Virus record (IMG/VR): IMGVR_UViG_3300045988_013489
From: a virus
Strand: one strand, 5' to 3'
Length of the DNA: 44,939 nt
Each line of letters begins with the position of its first letter. Position 1 is the stretch's first letter. The position numbers and the translations under genes are program-made. Positions 10,401 through 17,356 of this stretch are shown one piece after another. The notes beneath the pieces were generated by a model. That model was given only the letters and a program-made list of their open reading frames with translations, ran no database searches and was not told the DNA's origin.

Positions 10401-11891
10401 ACAGATTCATCCGGAAATTATACCACATTTCCAACATGCAAAACTACGGTAACTGTACTGTATGGTGCCGAGAATGTGACCACACAGTCAAACATTTCAT
10501 TTTCAGCAGGAAGTGGAGTGAGCGGTTCAGCATCAGGGGCAACGTATACGGTCTCTGGGCTGTCTGTGGATAGTGGCACGATTACCGCAACCGCAACTTA
10601 CAACGGGATGTCCGCGGAAAAGGAATTTGTAGTCGCAAAGCAAAAGCAGGGTGACACCGGGAACGGAATTTCAAAGATTGTACAGCATTATCTTGCTACG
10701 TCCAGTTCGTCTGGTGTATCAACAAGCAGTTCCGGATGGACAGAAGCTGTGCAGACTCCAACACCGGATAATCGGTATCTATGGAACTATGAGGAGACTT
10801 TCTTCACAAACGGAGCTAAAGCAACAACACTTCCTTGCGTGATTGGCGTATACGGGGAAAAGGGTCAAGATGGGCAGGATGGACAGGACGGAAAAGATGC
10901 CAGTGATATGACCCAGTTGGAAATTTTTAATAAATTAACCAACAACGGGGAAACGCAGGGGCTATATCTTTATGATAACAAGGTGTATCTGAATGCTTCG
11001 TATATTGACACCGGGTATCTGGCTGGATGGCAGGTTTTAAGTGGATATTTATATGCGGCGAGTGGTGATAATAGCGTTACACTGGATGGAAATAATGGAC
11101 GCATTCAAACCGTAGGAAAAACAAGATGGTATGACCCATCAACTGGCGAGTTACATGACACGTCAATTCTGGAAGGAACTGAGTTTCACACATGCGATGT
11201 ATATTGTAATGCAATAAGCGTTACTGCAGACATAACAGGAAAAAATTCTGGGCAATCTGTTCTGACCATGACATATATAAAAGCATATAGCACTATAAGT
11301 GCAGGTGGAACTATAACCTCAGGTTACAAAATCATATCAGAGTCACACATCGAAACCAGCGGACACTTTTTCAGTAAAGGCACAGGCACCGACCTTGCGG
11401 ATTTAAGTGTGCGTGGCTCGAAGAAGAGGATTCTTCCAACAAAAAACTATGGCACACAGGCGTTTTATTGCTACGAAATGGCATCCCCTATGTTCGGAGA
11501 CATCGGAGAAGCGTTCATATCTGAAGATGGCACATGCCTGATAGATATAGATGATATATTCCAGGAATCCACAAATGTAAGGATTGAATATTATGTATTC
11601 TTACAAAAGGAAGGAGATGGAGATTGTTGGGTAGATAAAAAAGAACAGACATATTTCACTGTAAAAGGTACTCCGGGGCTTAAATTTGCATTTGAAATCA
11701 AAGCGCGGCAGGCTGACTATGAACACATGCGTTTTGCCGATGCAAGTGAAACAGCTTACGACAGGGCAATAGACACAGACATGCCAGAGCCAGACTACGG
11801 TGAAAGCCTTGAAGTATCAGAACCAGATTATGAAAAAGAACTTCTTAGTGACAGGGAAAAAATTATTGACGAAATGGGGAAAATATCATGA
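7458..11891 (+). CDS. Tail fiber / tail-associated host-recognition protein with collagen-like triplets and internal repeats
   Basis: 1477 aa. Contains GEKGQDGQDGQDGKD (10855-10898), duplicated FNKLTN(G/N)GE.QG.Y..D.K.Y.NA.Y modules and duplicated PPY(D/N).(D/G)D.WV modules. Confidence 0.75.
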   Translation: MINVTNQLKTESLLNSNYYVTANAVLRDGTTLSLEKEDFYLDGNGIVDSSDSGDFPIGVAIEKTATLALVNDDDRFSDYDFAGAQFTLFLNLQLSDRLETIRRGTFIVSKKPATSDEINLTLLDYMNKAETGYNTNLVFPCSVREVLEDACQQTGIVLGDATFKNADYQVQKKPENTTFRAVIGMVAALAGGNARIDENDNLRIITFDDGADTITLETVPWYDINGNTILDIDSNEIETVLERKGFKPNAIRNLTYDVDDVVVTGVKYTDNETEYKYGTDGYVITIDNKLLSGNEQMGVDLIGKELVGMRLRPFSCDSIAIGYATFGDRITFSDIKGNVYYSYLTDVDFTFSGSTSLSCNAKSMEDINADYPDSMQVEVDNIKKDSEKKITAYDAKLKQMNELAANTLGFYYTEEIQADGSTISYRHNKPTLADSKVIYKTGADGFFLSVDGGQTWKAGFDSNGDAVLNILYAIGIQSDWINTRGFTAKDNDGNITFRIDAETGAVNLNATELTIKGKTPENVANAEVEKFITEVYSPQIKVLQEQIDGQIEAFFGDYVPDGNNEPASTWTDDTTKKKHLGDLFYIVNNEEYGGQAYRYAKINGEYKWDYVKDTAVVKALADAAKAQDTANVKKRIFGTEPVPPYDIDDLWVQGKTGDILKCQKAKAEGASYDADDWVKASKYTDDSAITAFIKGVFADTIESLQEQLDGKIQTWSQDTDPALEWTETEEIPWTDAGGNSILDVDGNEILIVWEKGKYIHKGDLWQNTANNANTRWRWDGSEWVEQKAPDYLFDKIDGKAAVYFEQPKPPYNMGDFWVTSKADGEASIKTAVRSRADGAFTDTDWIDFKYVDKTDIDNAVKEYDTSLGQDEVFNKLTNGGEDQGIYIQDKKLYINANYILAGVLAGKFINAKGIKVIDNDNQITLHIDDNGKVYIAATEFSLKGKAVSEIAKDTASNTATEIATKYATLNVLLSNEFQGIPTDSSGNYTTFPTCKTTVTVLYGAENVTTQSNISFSAGSGVSGSASGATYTVSGLSVDSGTITATATYNGMSAEKEFVVAKQKQGDTGNGISKIVQHYLATSSSSGVSTSSSGWTEAVQTPTPDNRYLWNYEETFFTNGAKATTLPCVIGVYGEKGQDGQDGQDGKDASDMTQLEIFNKLTNNGETQGLYLYDNKVYLNASYIDTGYLAGWQVLSGYLYAASGDNSVTLDGNNGRIQTVGKTRWYDPSTGELHDTSILEGTEFHTCDVYCNAISVTADITGKNSGQSVLTMTYIKAYSTISAGGTITSGYKIISESHIETSGHFFSKGTGTDLADLSVRGSKKRILPTKNYGTQAFYCYEMASPMFGDIGEAFISEDGTCLIDIDDIFQESTNVRIEYYVFLQKEGDGDCWVDKKEQTYFTVKGTPGLKFAFEIKARQADYEHMRFADASETAYDRAIDTDMPEPDYGESLEVSEPDYEKELLSDREKIIDEMGKIS

Positions 11892-12088
11892 AAAAAATTC
11901 TTACAAGTTTTATGAATCTTAGTACTGGAGAAGGAAGTCGTATCGCTTACACCTATTCTGAGGTAAACGAGGAAACAGGGGAAGTTGTCAGTCAGAACAA
12001 CAAAGGCAATTTTCTTGTGTTGGATGACGATGTACAAGCTCATCTTGATGCAGTCAAAAAATATATCAGGGACAAATATTTAGCATAA
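11888..12088 (+). CDS. Hypothetical small protein
   Basis: ATGA overlap with the tail fiber gene. 66 aa. Confidence 0.5.
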   Translation: MKKILTSFMNLSTGEGSRIAYTYSEVNEETGEVVSQNNKGNFLVLDDDVQAHLDAVKKYIRDKYLA

Positions 12089-12095
12089 GGAGGGA

Positions 12096-13142
12096 ATGGA
12101 TATGCCAAAGTGGACAGATTACACAATAAAAACAGAACCCGCAGATAATGATGAAGTAATGGCACTTGATACAGCAGGCAAGGCAAACAAACGTCTTGGT
12201 TTATCGGCGTTGTCAGATTGGATTTTGAATAAACTCGCAGACAAAACATTCCAGAAGCTCGCGACAAGCAACAAAACAATCCTTGGGGCGATTAATGATT
12301 TGAACAGTGTTGCTTATCATAACATTCCGCGCATTGTTCCGAAAGATATTACCCCATATTATAACGATGGTTCGCTTTGGAAGCGTCTTGAAGGAACGGG
12401 CGGTTATTCTCTCTTTGAAGATTTGTTTGCAGGGGATTATCTCAAAATGTCGCGTCCCATATCCGCTCCAAATCCAGTAGCAGATTATCAACTGACAGGT
12501 TCACAATATGTGACGATTGCTTCTCTTGGTGGTCTTGCAGGAAATGGAGACAATTCGTCTGCCAGCGATAAATGGGCGGTCATGGTTCCCGGCATGGGAT
12601 TTGGCGGAACACAACACTTTGGAAGAAGCCGAATGAACCCGACCAACACTACAGAAGGGGCTTACAAAGGCTCAGAGATGAATACAAAGGTTATTGGAGC
12701 AGTTGCAACAACCGGCTCGACTGCTGCAGGAGCAACCATTAATCAACAGCTCTTTGCAGAGTTTGGCTCTCACCTTAAAACGACAAGAGAACTCATAACG
12801 AATAGTATCAATGCTACTGGAGCAAATAGATTTGGTGTCACTACCGGATGTTCTAATAATTGGGAGTGGCTTAGCATGCAGGCAGTACTCATGAGTGAAA
12901 TTGAAGTCTACGGTTCATGCGCATTCTCATCTTCCGGATATGACACAGGAAACGCAAATCATCAGTTTGAGTTGTTTGTTTTTTCGAAGAATGCAATCAA
13001 TAATAGAAGTGCGTGGTACTTTCTGAAAGATGTAGCCTCTGCCGCGGATTTTTGCTATTGCGGCAACAGTGGCAATGCGCGCTACGTCGGCGCGTCTGGT
13101 GCGAACTACTATGTTCGCCCACGCTTCGTAATCGGAGCGTAG
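12096..13142 (+). CDS. DGR target protein (tail-fiber-associated receptor-binding candidate; C-terminal VR, probable C-type-lectin-like fold)
   Basis: 348 aa, directly after the tail fiber gene. The VR encodes YCGNSGNARYVGASGANYYVRPR and ends 18 nt before the stop codon. Confidence 0.85.
   Translation: MDMPKWTDYTIKTEPADNDEVMALDTAGKANKRLGLSALSDWILNKLADKTFQKLATSNKTILGAINDLNSVAYHNIPRIVPKDITPYYNDGSLWKRLEGTGGYSLFEDLFAGDYLKMSRPISAPNPVADYQLTGSQYVTIASLGGLAGNGDNSSASDKWAVMVPGMGFGGTQHFGRSRMNPTNTTEGAYKGSEMNTKVIGAVATTGSTAAGATINQQLFAEFGSHLKTTRELITNSINATGANRFGVTTGCSNNWEWLSMQAVLMSEIEVYGSCAFSSSGYDTGNANHQFELFVFSKNAINNRSAWYFLKDVASAADFCYCGNSGNARYVGASGANYYVRPRFVIGA
13033..13124 (+). repeat. DGR variable repeat (VR)
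   Basis: 92 bp, colinear with 13834-13925 at a constant offset of 801. There are 15 mismatches, all opposite a TR adenine. Confidence 0.9.
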
Positions 13143-13148
13143 CGAAAT

Positions 13149-13182
13149 CTTCAAATCTCCACCCCTCGTGGGTGGGTTGAAG
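13149..13182 (+). promoter_or_regulatory. Hairpin/cruciform downstream of the VR (candidate DGR target-recognition element)
   Basis: cttcaa-atct-ccaccc-ctcgt-gggtgg-g-ttgaag: a 6-bp GC-rich inner stem plus a 6-bp outer stem, with no T-run. No equivalent follows the TR. Confidence 0.55.
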
Positions 13183-13220
13183 ATGAAGCGATAAATATTA
13201 ATTGAAATGAAAGGAAAGTT

Positions 13221-13808
13221 ATGTCGGTACTCAAAAACAAAAGAGACCTGTCTGATATGGAATTTTACAAAAACGCCATTCGTATGAATCAGGAACTTGT
13301 AACATGGATGATGCGGAATTTCGGAACGGAGAGGAATCCACGCTCCGTAAATCAGGTCATCAAAAATATCAGTGAAGATGACCAGAAAGCAATTGACGAT
13401 ATTTTTTCAAAATACGGGCAGTCACCAAATCATGAATTTGTAAGTGAATTCCCTAAATGGTACATAGACCGCAAAAGGAAAAGACTGCTAGACCTCTGTG
13501 ATGAATTAATCGAAAACATCACTAATGCTAATTCAATCTATCCGACAGAAGAATTTTTGCACGAGGAATATGCCATGCGAAGAGAATTTCAGACAATGGC
13601 AATCTGCAACTGTAAAGATATTGAACAGGTTTTGCAGGGAATCAGGGTGGATTTCAGAATTGATATCAATAAGCTTGACAAATTCTTTGATATGTCCAAA
13701 CGCGAAGTTGACCTGTTAAAAGGCTGGCGGCAGTCCGACAATAAGGCTCGCAAAGATATTGAAAAGAAGATTGAAGCTGAAAAGAAGAAAGAATTGGAAG
13801 GAGAATAA
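13221..13808 (+). CDS. Avd-like accessory protein (in the position of the accessory variability determinant; atypically long)
   Basis: Lies between the target gene and the TR. Helical and basic, with a lysine-rich tail (KARKDIEKKIEAEKKKELEGE). LIENITNANSIYPTEE...RREFQ resembles four-helix-bundle Avd proteins. Confidence 0.5.
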   Translation: MSVLKNKRDLSDMEFYKNAIRMNQELVTWMMRNFGTERNPRSVNQVIKNISEDDQKAIDDIFSKYGQSPNHEFVSEFPKWYIDRKRKRLLDLCDELIENITNANSIYPTEEFLHEEYAMRREFQTMAICNCKDIEQVLQGIRVDFRIDINKLDKFFDMSKREVDLLKGWRQSDNKARKDIEKKIEAEKKKELEGE

Positions 13809-13833
13809 AAAATATTTATCGGGTAAGGTTTGC

Positions 13834-13925
13834 AAGCCTCTGCCGCGGATTTTTGCAATTGCAACAACAATGGCAATGCGAACTACAACAACGCGTCTAA
13901 TGCGAACAACTATGTTCGCCCACGA
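13834..13925 (+). repeat. DGR template repeat (TR)
   Basis: Intergenic. In the VR frame it reads N C N N N G N A N Y N N A S N A N N Y V R P R, which includes 11 AAY codons. Confidence 0.9.
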
Positions 13926-14001
13926 TTTGAATGATGCACAATCGACCAGTATGTCATGTGTGTCTTACGAAGGAAATCTTATCCGTCCCGATGGGTAAAT
14001 A

Positions 14002-15114
14002 TTGAGCATGATGCCAATGGATACGTCTAAAGGCTATATACATGTTCTATTAATTGAAATGCAATATAAATATTTTGAAACATTATTAGATTTAAACGTC
14101 CTATACGATTCTTTTCAGAAATGCAAATCAAGCGTTGACTGGAAATGTTCAATTCAACGTTTTGAAGCCAATATTTTCCAAAATATCAAGGATATCAAGA
14201 AAAGGCTCAAGAGCGGCAGATATAAGCCAGACAAGTTCGTGGAATTTGATGTAGATGAACGGGGCAAGACGCGACATATAAAGTCACCATCCATCAGAGA
14301 CAGAGTCCTGCAACGAGCTATCTGCGATTATGTTTTAGAGCCTCTTATTTATCCGAAACTTATTTATAATAGCGGTGCATCCGTAAAAGAGAAAGGTGTT
14401 AATTTCTCGCGAAAACAACTGGATAAGCATTTGAGAAAGTACTACAACAAGCATGGCAACAAAGGCTATATCCTTGTAGGAGATTTTAGCAAATTCTTTG
14501 AGAGTATACCACATGATAAGTTAATTGAATCCTTAAAGAAATGTATCTCTGACCAGAAGATGATGGATTTGTTGGAAATGATAATTCGATCGTTCAGTGA
14601 TACGGGCGTGGGACTTGGAATCGGTTCTCAGGTATCACAGATTTGCGGAATCTACTATCCTACTCCAATAGATATCTATTGCACCACAGTTATGGGGTGT
14701 AAAGCGTATGCGCGGCACATGGATGATTTTTATATTATCCACGAAGACAAGGAATTTCTTAAAACGGTCTTGGCAGGCGTCAAGAAAATAACCGCTGAAC
14801 TCGGCTTGAAGCTGAATGAAAAGAAAACTCAAATTTGCCGAATAGATAAAGGGTTCAACTTTCTTAAGCAAAGAATTTTTATCACGGATACAGGTAAGAT
14901 TACGCACAAGCCAAACAAATCCAGTTTTGTCAGAGAAAAGCGTAAGCTAAAATCTTTTAAATTTAAGTACGACATAGGTGAGATGACCAAGGAAGAGATT
15001 GAAAATCAGTATAAATCTTGGAGAAACAATATTGTCAAATTTGATTGCAAGAGAACAATACACAATGTAGACGAATTATATAACGAATTATACGAAGAAA
15101 GGAACGTGACATGA
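14002..15114 (+). CDS. DGR-type reverse transcriptase
   Basis: Contains TRHIKSPSIRDRVLQRAI, the DGR hallmark IGSQVSQ (I/LGxxxSQ) and catalytic RHMDDFYII. Start uncertain: TTG at 14002 or ATG at 14008. Confidence 0.9.
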   Translation: MSMMPMDTSKGYIHVLLIEMQYKYFETLLDLNVLYDSFQKCKSSVDWKCSIQRFEANIFQNIKDIKKRLKSGRYKPDKFVEFDVDERGKTRHIKSPSIRDRVLQRAICDYVLEPLIYPKLIYNSGASVKEKGVNFSRKQLDKHLRKYYNKHGNKGYILVGDFSKFFESIPHDKLIESLKKCISDQKMMDLLEMIIRSFSDTGVGLGIGSQVSQICGIYYPTPIDIYCTTVMGCKAYARHMDDFYIIHEDKEFLKTVLAGVKKITAELGLKLNEKKTQICRIDKGFNFLKQRIFITDTGKITHKPNKSSFVREKRKLKSFKFKYDIGEMTKEEIENQYKSWRNNIVKFDCKRTIHNVDELYNELYEERNVT

Positions 15115-15353
15115 CGGAACAGAATTTTGAACAGAATATAGAAAAAGAAAATCTTGAAGCGGAACTCAGAGTATTGAGGTCGGAATTGCAGACGAATACA
15201 TCTGAGATTGGAGACTGGAAGGTAATCAAGGCTCTTGAATATCAGCTCACAGGGCGGGCGATTCCATATGATATGGACAAGCTTAATTCTGACAGACAGA
15301 CTGTCAGAGACAGAATCAATGAGATTGAGAAGCAATTGGAAATCATAGAATGA
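15111..15353 (+). CDS. Hypothetical coiled-coil protein
   Basis: ATGA overlap with the RT gene. 80 aa, acidic and helical. Confidence 0.55.
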   Translation: MTEQNFEQNIEKENLEAELRVLRSELQTNTSEIGDWKVIKALEYQLTGRAIPYDMDKLNSDRQTVRDRINEIEKQLEIIE

Positions 15354-15399
15354 TAGACATGCAAAGAAATCCTCAGAAAAAGATATAAGGAGTGATATT

Positions 15400-17037
15400 A
15401 TGGTAGAAATCAAAGGAATTGACGTATCATCTTATCAGGACAAGCCAGACTGGGCGAAGGTGGCTAAATCCGGCATTAAATTCGCAATATTAAGAATCCA
15501 TCAGAAAACAGGCATTGACAGCTCTTTTGAATACAATTACAAGAACTGCAGATCAAACGGAATCCTTATCGGTGGGTATAAATATTCATATGCTCTAACA
15601 CCGTCACAGGCGATTGACGAAGCAGAAGATGTGATTGCCGCACTCAACGGACGTGGGCTGGACTTCCCGGTGTTCTACGACCTTGAATGGACTAATCAGC
15701 GAAAACTTGGCAAACAGGCAGTCGAGAATATTGCAGTAGCGTTTCTGACAAGAATAAAGAAAGCCGGTTATAAAGTTGGCATCTATTGCAATCTTGATTG
15801 GTACAATAACGTTCTATCAGATGCTCTGAAAAAGTACGACTGCTGGATTGCTCGTTATCCGGCTAGCGATAATGGTTCTGTACAAGAAAGATTACGACCA
15901 TCTGCTGGTGTAGGCTGGCAGTATTCCAGCAAGGGGAAAGTTCCGGGAATCAATAGAAGCGTAGATATGAACGTATTCTACAAAGATTATAGAGATTCTG
16001 GACAGAAAGGGGAAACGGCAGTGAGCAAAACAAAATTACAAAAATTCACAGAACTTGGTGATTATTATGCTTCAAATGATGGATACCTTGAAAAGAAAAG
16101 CAATGCCTATCTGGATGATTTTAAAAAGAATGCAGGATATAACAATTATACCAAATTCGCCCGTGATGTAAATTCTTGGGGGCAGCCGGGTTGCCAGGCT
16201 CAACCATGGTGCGCGGAGTACCAGTTCTGGAAGCTGGTGAATGTTCTGGGAATCACAAGAGCATTGCAGATTATGGGCGGCGGATTTTATAACTGTCAGT
16301 CCATTACTACCCATGCAAAACAGGCAGACACCTGGCGTCTTACTCCAAAAGAGGGCGCGTTGGTTATCTTCCGCAACGGTTCGCATATTGGATCAGTAGA
16401 GTCTTTCACATCTCAGCGTATTAATACCAATGAGGGCAATACATCCAGCGTACCGGGTGTAGTGGCAAATGGCGGAGCCGTCAGAAATAAATCTTATTCC
16501 ATTAATGATCCGAACATTGATGGATATGTATGGATTGACTGGGGCGAAGAGAATGCTGTTGTAGAAACATGGAAAGCAACCGGCACAGCTACATCTACGG
16601 TTGACGACCTTTACATTAGAGAGACGCCGAATGGTTATGTTCTTGGACAAATCAACAAGGGAAACCGTGTGGAAATTAACGGTGAAAAATCCGGCATGTG
16701 GACAAAGGTTAAAGTTGCAGGTATTGGCATCGGCTGGGCGGCTACTAAATATCTCGAGATTGACGGAGCAAAAAACACAACCACAACGATCTCTAAAAAG
16801 CAAGACAAGAATCAGAGGTTGTACGCTGGAGAGGTTACAGCTTCTTCTCTGAATGTCCGCACATGGGCAGGCGCAGAATATCCAAACATCAAAAAGTATC
16901 CGACATTAAGTAACGGAAATAAGGTCGATGTCATGAACTTTACTCAGAAAGCCAAAGATGGAAGTTCCTGGTATTACATTCGTATTGCTGGAAAATATTT
17001 CGGTTTTGTTTCTGCAAAATACATCAAAAAAGTATAA
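15400..17037 (+). CDS. Endolysin: N-terminal GH25 muramidase, central uncharacterised Cys-containing region, two C-terminal SH3-like repeats
   Basis: IKGIDVSSYQDKPDWAKV...FAILRI...FYDLEW...CWIARYP is the classic GH25 pattern. Two SH3_3-like segments follow (LYIRETPNG..., LNVRTWAGAEYP...). Confidence 0.85.
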   Translation: MVEIKGIDVSSYQDKPDWAKVAKSGIKFAILRIHQKTGIDSSFEYNYKNCRSNGILIGGYKYSYALTPSQAIDEAEDVIAALNGRGLDFPVFYDLEWTNQRKLGKQAVENIAVAFLTRIKKAGYKVGIYCNLDWYNNVLSDALKKYDCWIARYPASDNGSVQERLRPSAGVGWQYSSKGKVPGINRSVDMNVFYKDYRDSGQKGETAVSKTKLQKFTELGDYYASNDGYLEKKSNAYLDDFKKNAGYNNYTKFARDVNSWGQPGCQAQPWCAEYQFWKLVNVLGITRALQIMGGGFYNCQSITTHAKQADTWRLTPKEGALVIFRNGSHIGSVESFTSQRINTNEGNTSSVPGVVANGGAVRNKSYSINDPNIDGYVWIDWGEENAVVETWKATGTATSTVDDLYIRETPNGYVLGQINKGNRVEINGEKSGMWTKVKVAGIGIGWAATKYLEIDGAKNTTTTISKKQDKNQRLYAGEVTASSLNVRTWAGAEYPNIKKYPTLSNGNKVDVMNFTQKAKDGSSWYYIRIAGKYFGFVSAKYIKKV

Positions 17038-17041
17038 ATTT

Positions 17042-17074
17042 AAGCCCCAAGGAATTTGTTTCCAAGGGGCTTTT
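17042..17074 (+). terminator. Rho-independent terminator after the endolysin gene
   Basis: Stem aagcccc..gga / tcc..ggggctt followed by tttt. Confidence 0.7.
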
Positions 17075-17116
17075 CGTGTTATATTGTATCAAATTCGGAA
17101 TAATAAGAACATTCTG

Positions 17117-17356
17117 GTTAGTCACACGTTAGTCACAATTTTGAAATTCTGAAAAGCTGAAATGCCTTTAAATAGGGCGTTTCAAGCCAATTAACTTAAA
17201 TGCACTTTTAGCTTATAGGTAATGAAAATGAAATGTTGGGAGTCCTTGTAAAATCTCTAAAACGTTGATTTTAATAGGGTTTCCGGCATTTCGATAATGA
17301 TATTTCGGTTGTTTTAGAAAGATTAAAATAGGTTCCGTTAGTCACAGTTAGTCACA
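17117..17356. other. Candidate attP / integrase arm-site region
   Basis: The 10-mer gttagtcaca occurs 4 times as two tandem pairs (17117-17137 and 17337-17356). These flank an AT-rich non-coding stretch beside the int gene. An 8-bp inverted repeat, gaaatgcc/ggcgtttc, lies at about 17160-17185. Confidence 0.35.

Larger units (their letters stand above)
12096..15114 (+). mobile_element. Diversity-generating retroelement cassette (target-VR, Avd-like gene, TR, RT)
   Basis: Canonical order: target gene with C-terminal VR, accessory ORF, intergenic TR, reverse transcriptase. All TR/VR mismatches are restricted to TR adenines. Confidence 0.9.

Noticed and set aside
13759-13998. 79-aa plus-strand ORF covering the template repeat
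   Set aside because: Its translation is simply the A-rich TR read in another frame (TTMAMRTTTTRLMRTT). It has no RBS and overlaps the end of the Avd-like gene. The TR is expected to function as RNA.
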